Of a stretch of 44,583 nucleotides of DNA, positions 18,752-27,295 are shown in pieces. The stretch lies in the NCBI GenBank assembly GCA_001794025.1, contig MGJA01000010.1, forward strand, positions 26,288 through 70,870. Reading direction: 5' to 3'. This DNA is from Candidatus Yanofskybacteria bacterium RIFCSPHIGHO2_01_FULL_41_21. GTDB taxonomy: Bacteria; Patescibacteriota; Minisyncoccia; 2-02-FULL-40-12; GWA2-44-9. The position numbers were made by a program, and so were the translations under genes. Under the pieces are notes generated by a model, which had not been told where the DNA came from, searched no databases, and was given only the letters and a program-made list of their open reading frames with translations. Position 1 is the first letter of the stretch; each line of letters starts with the position of its first letter.

Positions 18752-20899
18752 ATGTCCGAAGAACTACCAAAGACCTACAATGCCGGTGAAGTAGAGGGTA
18801 AGATTTATAGACACTGGGAAGAGAGCGGTTTTTTTAATCCCGACAATCTGCCCGGGAAACGTGAAGAATCATTTTCAATTATTCTGCCTCCCCCAAATGT
18901 AACGGGTATTTTACATATGGGCAGTGCCCTAATGCTGGCCGTAGAAGACATCCTTATTCGTTACGCCCGAATGAGAGGGAAAAGAGCCCTTTGGGTTCCC
19001 GGTACTGACTCGGCAGCCATTGCCACTCAGACAAAAGTTGAAAAAGAAATTCAAAAAAAGGAGGGTAAAAATCGTCATGATCTGGGTCGTGAAGAACTTT
19101 TAAAGCGAATTGATAAATTCATTGAAGAAAACAAGACCACAATCCTGACTCAAATCAGGGCAATGGGAGCTTCGGTTGATTGGAGTCGCTATGCCTACAC
19201 AATGGATAATGCCCGTTATCGGGCGGTTATGACCGCGTTTATTAGAATGTACGAAGAAGGATTAATTTATCGCGGTAATCGTATTGTTAACTGGGACCCT
19301 AAAGGTCAAACGACCATTTCTGATGATGAAATTGTTTATGAGGAACGAAAAGCAAAGTTTTATACTTTTCGTTATACAAAGGACTTCCCTATTTCTATAT
19401 CTACTACCCGTCCTGAAACAAAGGTTGGTGACACAGCTGTAGCGGTCCATCCCGATGATCCACGATACAAAGAATATGTCGGCAAAGAATATGATTTAGA
19501 ATTTGTGGGTGTTCCTCTCCATATTAAAATTATCGCTGATAAATCAGTGGACCCGGAATTTGGCACTGGTGCCTTGGGGGTTACTCCAGCCCATTCAATG
19601 ATTGACTGGGAAATCGCGGAACGTCATGGTCTACCCGTGAAACAAGTTATCAATGAATATGCCCGCATGACGGTGGGTGGAGACAATTTATTGGATAAAA
19701 AAGTAGCCGAGGCAAGAGAATTTATTGTTCAGTGGCTTGAAGATAATAATCTTTTGGAGAAGACAGAGGAAATAACTCAAAACATCAGTACCGCTGAAAG
19801 AACCGGTGGTATTATTGAACCGCTTCCAAAACTTCAGTGGTTTGTGAATGTTAATAAAGAAATTCCCGGTCGTGGTAAAACACTCAAAGATATTATGCGC
19901 GACCCGGTTGCCAATAATGAAATCAGAATAATCCCCAATCATTCTACAAAAACATACTTCCATTGGATTGATAATCTCCGGGACTGGTGTATCAGTCGGC
20001 AAATTTGGTTCGGACATAGAATTCCAATTTGGTATCGTGGCGAAGAAATAAAATGCGGTCTAGAAAAACCGGAAGGTGAAGGATGGGAACAAGATCCCGA
20101 CGTATTAGATACGTGGTTTTCTTCGGCCCTTTGGACTTTTTCCACCCTTGGCTGGCCCGATGAAACACCGGATCTTTTGTCATACCATCCAACCACGGTT
20201 CTTGAAACCGGGTACGACATTTTATTTTTCTGGGTTGCCCGAATGATTATGATGAGCGGTCTTCATCTTAAACAAATCCCTTTTAAGACAGTGTACCTGC
20301 ATGGATTAGTACGAGATGAACAAGGAAGAAAAATATCAAAGTCATTAGGAAACAATCTGGATCCTTTGGAAATGATCGCCAAGTATGGAGCTGATTCGGT
20401 TCGGATGTCACTAATCATCGGCACCGCCGCCGGAACAGACAGTAAAATATCGGAACCAAAGATTAAGGGATATCGAAATTTCTCCACAAAACTTTGGAAC
20501 ATATCTCGCTTTGTCCTTATGAGCATTCCTGATCCAATAGAATTAGAAAAAATATCATTAGTACCCGAAGACCAAAAGTTATTGGACGAACTTTCAATTA
20601 TTGCCAAAGATATTACCAAGGATATGGAAGAGTTTAGATTTTATCTGGCCGGTGAAAAAATCTACCATTATATCTGGCATACTTTTGCCGACAAAATTAT
20701 TGAAGAAAGCAAAACAAAACTTGCAAGTGAAAATCCGGATATTAAGACATCAGCCCAACGAATGTTACTTGAAATACTTATCACCTGTCTTAAACTTCTC
20801 CACCCATTTATGCCTTTCGTTACCGAAGAAATTTATTCTAAACTACCCATCACCAACAAAAAGTTGTTGATGATTGAGACCTGGCCGAGTATACTGTAA
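18752..20899 (+). CDS. valS: Valine--tRNA ligase, short form without the C-terminal coiled coil
   Basis: PPPNVTGILHMG, TTRPET, DWCISRQIWFGHRIP, DVLDTWFSS, GYDILFFWVARM, KISKSLGN. Confidence 0.95.
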   Translation: MSEELPKTYNAGEVEGKIYRHWEESGFFNPDNLPGKREESFSIILPPPNVTGILHMGSALMLAVEDILIRYARMRGKRALWVPGTDSAAIATQTKVEKEIQKKEGKNRHDLGREELLKRIDKFIEENKTTILTQIRAMGASVDWSRYAYTMDNARYRAVMTAFIRMYEEGLIYRGNRIVNWDPKGQTTISDDEIVYEERKAKFYTFRYTKDFPISISTTRPETKVGDTAVAVHPDDPRYKEYVGKEYDLEFVGVPLHIKIIADKSVDPEFGTGALGVTPAHSMIDWEIAERHGLPVKQVINEYARMTVGGDNLLDKKVAEAREFIVQWLEDNNLLEKTEEITQNISTAERTGGIIEPLPKLQWFVNVNKEIPGRGKTLKDIMRDPVANNEIRIIPNHSTKTYFHWIDNLRDWCISRQIWFGHRIPIWYRGEEIKCGLEKPEGEGWEQDPDVLDTWFSSALWTFSTLGWPDETPDLLSYHPTTVLETGYDILFFWVARMIMMSGLHLKQIPFKTVYLHGLVRDEQGRKISKSLGNNLDPLEMIAKYGADSVRMSLIIGTAAGTDSKISEPKIKGYRNFSTKLWNISRFVLMSIPDPIELEKISLVPEDQKLLDELSIIAKDITKDMEEFRFYLAGEKIYHYIWHTFADKIIEESKTKLASENPDIKTSAQRMLLEILITCLKLLHPFMPFVTEEIYSKLPITNKKLLMIETWPSIL

Positions 20900-20902
20900 G
20901 TA

Positions 20903-21661
20903 ATGTCTCTCATGACTGCCGGTTTACTTGTCGCCCTTGGTCTTCTGCCCAGTTTGATCTGGATGTTTTTCTTTTACCGTCAGGACTGTCATCCAGAACC
21001 AAAATATCTCATCACCAAGACATTTTTGATGGGAATCATAATCTCTCCCCTTGCGGTACTCCTTCAATTGGGATTTAAACAAATTGATTCTTGGACACCC
21101 TTCAATACCTTAATCGCTCAAGGGTCATTGTTTTTTCTGTGGGCCGCCTTCGCCGAAGAATTTATAAAATATTATGCGGTTCGAACAATTGCCCTCACTG
21201 ATTCGGCTTTTGATGAACCGGTTGATGCCGTAATTTATATGATAGTAGCTGGTCTTGGATTTGCAGCAATTGAAAATATCCTTTACCTCTTTACATCTAT
21301 TGTCAGTAATGGAACCCAAACAACCTTGCTCCTTTGGGGTATGCGTTCGGTTGGTGCCACTCTTCTCCACGCTTTATCATCAGGTATTATCGGTTATTTT
21401 TTGGCTCTATCTTGGTTCTTCCAAAATCATCGCAAAAAATTACTTTTTGTCGGATTGGCTGTTGGAACATTATTCCACTTCTCATTCAATGCTTTTTTGG
21501 CCAATGCCGATAACCAATTCCGAGGATTAATGTTATCGGTTGGCCTCCTGTGCGTAATGGCGTTTCTTGTTTTCTTGTTGTTTGTTAAAATAAAGGAAAG
21601 GTCTTCAAGCGCTATTCCTCGTTTATCAGTGGCAACCGAAAAAGAAATATCATCTGCATAA
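20903..21661 (+). CDS. PrsW-family intramembrane metalloprotease
   Basis: EEFIK, FDEPVD, GLGFAAIENILY, HALSS, HFSFN; multiple TM helices. Confidence 0.9.
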   Translation: MSLMTAGLLVALGLLPSLIWMFFFYRQDCHPEPKYLITKTFLMGIIISPLAVLLQLGFKQIDSWTPFNTLIAQGSLFFLWAAFAEEFIKYYAVRTIALTDSAFDEPVDAVIYMIVAGLGFAAIENILYLFTSIVSNGTQTTLLLWGMRSVGATLLHALSSGIIGYFLALSWFFQNHRKKLLFVGLAVGTLFHFSFNAFLANADNQFRGLMLSVGLLCVMAFLVFLLFVKIKERSSSAIPRLSVATEKEISSA

Positions 21662-21663
21662 CC

Positions 21664-21779
21664 CATCCCGTTAGAAATGAACCCTACGGGTATATATATG
21701 AAAATCAATAATATAAAAATGATTGTAACTAGCCACCACCCCAAGACGGTGGACGGTTTGCTACATTTCTAACGGGATG
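21664..21779. repeat. Family B element; right TIR supplies the Hsp20 ATG
   Basis: CATCCCGTTAGAAATG...CATTTCTAACGGGATG (16-bp perfect inverted repeat). Confidence 0.85.
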
Positions 21780-22190
21780 CAGGACTTTTTTCCAGACGAT
21801 AATCAAGATTCCATGTATCCCGTTTCACTGACGGTAAGCAAGAAAGATGCCAAAACAAAAGACGAAGGTCATTTGACCGTTGACGTTTATCAGACCGACG
21901 ATGATATTGTTATCCGCTCAACCATTGCTGGAGCCAAAATAGAAGATATAGATATCCAGGTTACCCAAGACATGATTACCGTTAAAGGCACACGTAGGGC
22001 TGAGGAGCAAATCAATGCTGAAAGTTTTTTTCATCGTGAACTTTATTGGGGCGCATTCTCACGAGCTATCATTCTCCCCGTGGATGTTGACCCTGAAGGT
22101 GCTAAAGCCAGTTATAAAAATGGTATTCTGACTGTTCGCCTCCCTAAACTAGAAAAAAATCGGACCAAAAAACTTAAAATATCCGGCTGA
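21777..22190 (+). CDS. Hsp20/alpha-crystallin small heat-shock protein
   Basis: VDVYQTDDDIVI, ELYWGAFSRAIILP, ASYKNGILTVRLPK. Confidence 0.92.
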   Translation: MQDFFPDDNQDSMYPVSLTVSKKDAKTKDEGHLTVDVYQTDDDIVIRSTIAGAKIEDIDIQVTQDMITVKGTRRAEEQINAESFFHRELYWGAFSRAIILPVDVDPEGAKASYKNGILTVRLPKLEKNRTKKLKISG

Positions 22191-22198
22191 TTCCTCAA

Positions 22199-23362
22199 AT
22201 GTTTCGCTCACCCTCTTTTAGAACTCTCATCTCCCGGCTCATAATCGCCGGGGCTGTTATCCTCATCGGCTTTCCGCTTGGGATGCTCGCCTATCTTCGT
22301 ACCCTTGCTCCCCCACCGCCTGTACCGGTTAAAAATATCGCGTCACTTGTTGAACAATCTTCAAGTCACGATACGACCATAATTGTCGGTAATAAAAAAT
22401 TTGTTATTAAAAAAGGTACGGTAGCCAACTGGACAGAATCATATACCCGCAACTATACGGGTGAAAAAGACGTCCGCTTTACTGATGCCATTGCTGACTA
22501 TGTTTCCAAGTTGGCCAAAACTGCAAACCGGGTTCCTGTTGATGCTAAGTTTACTATCAATGATGGCAAGGCCATTATTTTGACGCCGGCTCAAAATGGC
22601 CAAGAACTCAATGTTCTTACCGCCACAACAGAACTTCGCCAAGGTCTCCTCGCCAATAAGTCGGAAGTAGAACTTGCACTAGAAATTACCGAACCGGCGA
22701 TAACAGAAGAAAAAATAAGCTCCCTTGGTATTAATGACCGTCTTGCTATTGGTGAGTCCAATTTTACCGGCTCAACTACCGCCCGAATTCAAAATATTAA
22801 GGTTTCTTCAAAAAAATACAACGGCTTTATTATTAAACCCAATGAAACATTCTCTTTCAATACCATTCTCGGCGATGTGGTCGCTTCTACTGGCTATGCT
22901 CCGGAAAAAGTTATTAAGAATGGCCAAATTATGTATGAATACGGCGGGGGTATTTGTCAGGTCTCAACCACGCTTTTCCGAGCCGCTATTATGGCCGGTT
23001 TCCCCATTGTTGAACGTAAGCCCCACGCCTTTCCTGTTCATTATTATGAACCCCAAGGATTTGATGCCACTATTTATCCCGGCTCAAGTGATCTGAGATT
23101 TATAAATGATACTGCCGGTCCAGTTCTTATCCAAACCCATATCGTTGGCAAAAATATATATTTTGAGATATATGGCAAGAGTGACGGCAGAACAGTAACC
23201 ATGAACGGACCATATCAATACGATATCCAACCGAACGGCGCCATGAAGGCCTATTTCACCCGCACAATTAGTTTCGCCGATGGCGCCAGCACCAGTAAAA
23301 CCTTTTATTCAAACTACAGATCGCCAGCACTATATCCCACCGAACCGAATCCTTACCAATAA
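22199..23362 (+). CDS. VanW-domain protein with N-terminal TM and PG-binding-like region
   Basis: R..NI, NG.IIKPNETFSFN, GGGICQVSTTLFRA, GFDATIY...DLRFIN. Confidence 0.88.
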   Translation: MFRSPSFRTLISRLIIAGAVILIGFPLGMLAYLRTLAPPPPVPVKNIASLVEQSSSHDTTIIVGNKKFVIKKGTVANWTESYTRNYTGEKDVRFTDAIADYVSKLAKTANRVPVDAKFTINDGKAIILTPAQNGQELNVLTATTELRQGLLANKSEVELALEITEPAITEEKISSLGINDRLAIGESNFTGSTTARIQNIKVSSKKYNGFIIKPNETFSFNTILGDVVASTGYAPEKVIKNGQIMYEYGGGICQVSTTLFRAAIMAGFPIVERKPHAFPVHYYEPQGFDATIYPGSSDLRFINDTAGPVLIQTHIVGKNIYFEIYGKSDGRTVTMNGPYQYDIQPNGAMKAYFTRTISFADGASTSKTFYSNYRSPALYPTEPNPYQ

Positions 23363-23422
23363 ATAAAATAGAACTTTACCCGCACCTACTGGTGCAGGGC
23401 ACTGCACTCCTCTTTAGTCGCT

Positions 23423-23507
23423 TGGTGCCCTCGAGAGGATTTGCACCCCTACGCCTTTCGGCACCGCCTCCTAAGGGCGGCGTGTCTGCTAGTTTCACCA
23501 CGAGGGC
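23423..23507 (-). tRNA. tRNA-Leu(TAG)
   Basis: GCCCTCGTGGTGAAACTAGCAGACACG-CCGCC-CT-TAG-GA-GGCGG, long variable arm, encoded CCA. Confidence 0.9.
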
Positions 23508-23590
23508 AATATTCTTTTTTTACTTTTGGCTTATTACTTATACCTTTTGTCATAGTGTACCGATTTTCTGTCTTTTTTTCAATCAAGCAT

Positions 23591-23621
23591 AAAATCCGTC
23601 GAGCTAAGCTCGACGGATTTT
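23591..23621. terminator. Palindromic hairpin with AGCTAAGCT core downstream of the pilin cluster
   Basis: AAAATCCGTCGAGCT-a-AGCTCGACGGATTTT. Confidence 0.65.
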
Positions 23622-23665
23622 AACTTACGCATGCGTAACTAACTCGCTAAAGGACAGTCAAGAAC

Positions 23666-23965
23666 TTAACCTCTGAAAGTAATAACGTATCCGATTGTTT
23701 GTAAGATAATACCGACAGCCAACACAATCGCTGCTCCAACAATACCATTCCAAACAATCTTTTTTGCTTCGGCCGGGTCAGATGCCATCATCCAACGAAT
23801 ACCGCCATAAACAATAACTATAACGGCGATAACCATACTGGCAACAATCAAGAATTGGGCAACTGAAGTAAGGATATTCTGAATTGCTGGAAGCGTTATT
23901 GCTGACCCACCCACAATAGGAGTTGGCGCAACAATCGCTAATTTTTGTAATTTATTCATAGCCAC
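23666..23965 (-). CDS. TrbC/VirB2-like pilin
   Basis: Two TM helices: VIAVIVIVYGGIRWM..AKKIVWNGIVGAAIVL. Confidence 0.75.
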   Translation of the reverse strand: MAMNKLQKLAIVAPTPIVGGSAITLPAIQNILTSVAQFLIVASMVIAVIVIVYGGIRWMMASDPAEAKKIVWNGIVGAAIVLAVGIILQTIGYVITFRG

Positions 23966-24017
23966 CCCCTTTCATATAATTATAAATTTTCATTTATTAA
24001 TTTTGACTGGTTACTAT

Positions 24018-24404
24018 TTACGGAATTATACAAATTCCCCAAAAACTTATCTGACAAAAGAATGTACCATCCACTATTGAATACACGGTGGCCAGGATCA
24101 CACCAGTCGCCAAGATCACACCCGCACCAATCGTGGCATGTTTCAGCCGTAACAGCCCGTTCGTGAACTTGCTTGGATTGGCCTGAGCCATCATCGTCAT
24201 TATACCACTCAAAACAATAAAAATCACGGCCAAAATCATGCTTGTTATAATCATAAACTGGGCGATATTGGTAACAATAACGGTTATAACATCTGTGGTA
24301 ATTGGATTTCCAGCTGGCAAGTTAGCAAGAGCTGAAGTTGCCATAAAAATAATCAATAAGACGGCCGGAATTGCAAAAAAATATTTTTTTAACTTTTTAA
24401 TCAT
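24018..24404 (-). CDS. TrbC/VirB2-like pilin
   Basis: Signal peptide, then ILAVIFIVLSGIMTMMAQAN..LKHATIGAGVIL. Confidence 0.72.
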   Translation of the reverse strand: MIKKLKKYFFAIPAVLLIIFMATSALANLPAGNPITTDVITVIVTNIAQFMIITSMILAVIFIVLSGIMTMMAQANPSKFTNGLLRLKHATIGAGVILATGVILATVYSIVDGTFFCQISFWGICIIP

Positions 24405-24406
24405 TG

Positions 24407-24832
24407 TTATGGCGTATTTGGGCAACTAAGTGGTGTGTAATCCAGCCAAGATGTAGTACTTGGACCGGTATCGGCACTGCTGATTGCATTACCCACTGTC
24501 GCGATAATCGTATAAGCACCCAAAACCACAATCATACCCACCACGGCGTAACCCAAACTCTTTCTGGCAGTTGTAAATTTTGTTTCATTTCCTTGAGCAG
24601 CCATCATCTGAAATCCATACCAAACAATCATCACCACCATAACTATGGTTACAAAGCGGGTACTCCAACAGGCCAGACCGGTTACAATTCCAAATAAACT
24701 TTGAATCGTCAGATTAATACCCGGCGCATTTTGAAGGCCTCCACCAACAGTAGATGTGGCCGCCATCATCGGCACCGCCGGTAAAAACAATCCCCCCATC
24801 CCCGAAAATAACTGTATAAGATATTTTTTCAT
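24407..24832 (-). CDS. TrbC/VirB2-like pilin
   Basis: VMIVWYGFQMMAAQGNETKFTTARKSLGYAVVGMIVVLGAY. Confidence 0.78.
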   Translation of the reverse strand: MKKYLIQLFSGMGGLFLPAVPMMAATSTVGGGLQNAPGINLTIQSLFGIVTGLACWSTRFVTIVMVVMIVWYGFQMMAAQGNETKFTTARKSLGYAVVGMIVVLGAYTIIATVGNAISSADTGPSTTSWLDYTPLSCPNTP

Positions 24833-25098
24833 CCCGTTAGAGCCAGGAAGCGCTTAATCCTGTTTTGGATATAACGCTTGCCCATGCCAGTTTTAAGATA
24901 CACTTCTCTATCTCGTGCATCTGTTTTATTAATACACATTTCATAATATATTAGTTCAAATGGGCCTCTTCCTTTCGTCTACGAAGTATACTTTCCGTCG
25001 TTGTGTTCCTGAAAGCGCTTCCGTAAATCCACCGTAAACCCTGTATACCAACGTTTATCTTTAGTACTTTGTATAATATAGACATAGTAGCATGTCAT
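24829..25098 (-). pseudogene. GIY-YIG nuclease with an in-frame TAG at codon 40
   Basis: MTCYYVYIIQS..WYTGFTVDLRKRFQEHNDGKYTS*TKGRGPFELIYYE...DARDREVYLKTGMGKRYIQNRIKRFLALTG*. Confidence 0.85.
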
Positions 25099-25112
25099 GG
25101 CTCTAACGGGAT
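24831..25112. mobile_element. Family B element carrying the GIY-YIG gene between 15-bp TIRs
   Basis: ATCCCGTTAGAGCCA (24831-24845) and TGGCTCTAACGGGAT (25098-25112). Confidence 0.7.
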
Positions 25113-25118
25113 TCATGG

Positions 25119-26564
25119 TTAATTGCAAATAGTCGGATCGGCTGTGCATGATACTCCCGGCTTGTTCGTACAGAACCCGTTTACGCACAACGATTGGGTC
25201 GGTGGCGGATTGGTTCCACCAAGTTCAATAACGCTGATAATCAAACTTATGAATCCTTTGCCGATGAATATAATCGCTAGACCCATAACAGTGTACTTGA
25301 GAATATCTCTCCCTTTTTGAAAGTTAGCCGGTACCGGCCCGGCTGTCAACATTAAGAAACCCGCATACATAATCCAAAGCACCGCCAACGGCACGGAAAT
25401 ATAAATAATCCATTGAGTGACAATGTCTATAACATCAAACAAATCATTCGGTCCGCCCGCCAGTGGATTATCAATTGAAAACGTAAAAGATTGCGCTTCT
25501 GTCGCCGCAGTGCATTGATAATCACAATAGGAATTAGTATATGTCCCGCTTGTATCTGCAGTACATGCATTATTTACGCACTTGTATTTAGTTCCACTAC
25601 CAGGAGGTGTAACGGCATCAATGAGAGCGCCGCCGGTATGATCCTTGCAAACCACCTGACAATCAGAGTGGGTCAGAGGGTCTGATATGATATTACCGCC
25701 ACCGCCAATATATCCATCAGCACAATGGCATGGTTTTGGGTTTATACTTGAATAACAATTAAGACAGCCGTTTTGCGAACCATAAACTATTTCTTGTCTT
25801 GAGCTTTCTACATTCTGACCGCCGGCCCCGGCATAAGCTACAAAATAAAACTGAAACGTATTCGCATTTACACTAGGAGAACCCACGTTCCATCTTGTTG
25901 ACAATGAACCATCTGCTCTCCAAACCACATCAGCAACAGTTCCGGCTGAATTAAATGTGCCTTGGACTTGGGCAAGAATTGGATCTACTCCCGTCACATC
26001 GTCATAAATGACATAATTGACCCCATTATTTGAACAACCAGTGCCAGAAACTTTCATATGCAAAGGTGATCCCATTATTGCTACCCCACTAAAGAGTGTG
26101 CTCCATTGGGCAGACGTTAATGTGCAGCTACCGCCAGTAGCGGTTAACTTTACAGTTAAATTAGGAGAGGTTATCTGGTTACTTGAACCATCTTGAGCTT
26201 TGATTTTCAGATAAACTGTTTGGTCGCCACTACGTCCTGAAAAATCTGAAGCGCTAAATGATGTCTGAAAAGAAATATTGCCTCCACCGCCAGTGGTTGC
26301 TGTAACCGTCAAAGTTCTAATACGAAAATCAACCCCGCTTTTTCCATAGACCTCTACAGTAAAAACCTGGCTATCACAACCGGTATTCCCCCCGAGTGTA
26401 TATGGGACATTCTCTCCGAGAGTAATGGTGTCTTTACCCCACGTTCCAGTGCCTCCGCCGCTACTAAGAACACAGGCAGCACTGACATTATTTTTGGGGA
26501 AAAATAAAAATACTGCTAAAGCGCCAATGATCAATAAGAATCTTAAAAACTTCATTGGTTTCAT
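25119..26564 (-). CDS. Secreted beta-rich, Cys-rich protein with a C-terminal VirB2-like pilin domain
   Basis: Signal peptide; IDNPL...LAVLWIMYAGFLMLTAG...KGRDILKYTVMGLAIIF. Confidence 0.75.
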   Translation of the reverse strand: MKPMKFLRFLLIIGALAVFLFFPKNNVSAACVLSSGGGTGTWGKDTITLGENVPYTLGGNTGCDSQVFTVEVYGKSGVDFRIRTLTVTATTGGGGNISFQTSFSASDFSGRSGDQTVYLKIKAQDGSSNQITSPNLTVKLTATGGSCTLTSAQWSTLFSGVAIMGSPLHMKVSGTGCSNNGVNYVIYDDVTGVDPILAQVQGTFNSAGTVADVVWRADGSLSTRWNVGSPSVNANTFQFYFVAYAGAGGQNVESSRQEIVYGSQNGCLNCYSSINPKPCHCADGYIGGGGNIISDPLTHSDCQVVCKDHTGGALIDAVTPPGSGTKYKCVNNACTADTSGTYTNSYCDYQCTAATEAQSFTFSIDNPLAGGPNDLFDVIDIVTQWIIYISVPLAVLWIMYAGFLMLTAGPVPANFQKGRDILKYTVMGLAIIFIGKGFISLIISVIELGGTNPPPTQSLCVNGFCTNKPGVSCTADPTICN

Positions 26565-27295
26565 TATATCGGATTTTGTGGATTAGGGGGAGGCGGTGTA
26601 TCAACATTATTTGGAGGTGTGCCCGCCCGACCGGACGACGCCGGTCGTTCGGGCGGGGGTAAAGAAGTAGTATTTTTGCGTCGTTTGAAGAACCACCAAG
26701 CCAGACCGGCTAGTATCAATCCGCCTAGAGTGTAGAGGATACCGGACCAGAGTCCATTTGATCCACCAGTCGACGGAGTCGGTGTCGCGGTTGGTGGAAC
26801 GGGCAATGATTGTTTGCAATCTTTGGGACAACTTAATGAATCCTCGCCCCGATCGGCGTTACAAACACCGTCATCATCACAAAATGAACTGTCGCTAACC
26901 GGAATGGTTAAGATCGGTTGGTTTTGAGAATCATAAAATATAACTTTCTGGCCATCGGCGACATATGGCGCTTTGACCGAAATTTTTCCTTTCATGAAAT
27001 TAACATCGCCTTGTTTTGGGTCAAATATGAAATGGTCCGCAATCTCACCGAGCACATTAATAATCTCCCCCCGATATGGAAACTGGGTTGTAAGTGGACC
27101 CTGAATAAATTCTTCACTTATAATATCATATTTAAATTGAAAATCCCGATCAGCATTCAACTGGCCGTTGTCATAATAGAGGTGGAATAGATACTCCGCC
27201 TTCGGAATTTGTTTATCAGCTATTCCTTCGGCACCCACTACCAGCGGGACTAGTATTAATGATATAAGTAATATTTTTTTAATCATTGATAGCAA
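26564..27295 (-). CDS. Exported protein with a Cys-rich motif, C-terminal TM and Pro-rich tail
   Basis: Signal peptide; CDDDGVCNADRGEDSLSCPKDC; TM followed by KRRK. Confidence 0.75.
   Translation of the reverse strand: MLSMIKKILLISLILVPLVVGAEGIADKQIPKAEYLFHLYYDNGQLNADRDFQFKYDIISEEFIQGPLTTQFPYRGEIINVLGEIADHFIFDPKQGDVNFMKGKISVKAPYVADGQKVIFYDSQNQPILTIPVSDSSFCDDDGVCNADRGEDSLSCPKDCKQSLPVPPTATPTPSTGGSNGLWSGILYTLGGLILAGLAWWFFKRRKNTTSLPPPERPASSGRAGTPPNNVDTPPPPNPQNPI

Noticed and set aside
24979-24981. TAG readthrough or alternative genetic code
   Set aside because: TAG, TAA and TGA all end other intact genes here (infC and ftsH end in TAG); a single nonsense mutation is simpler.
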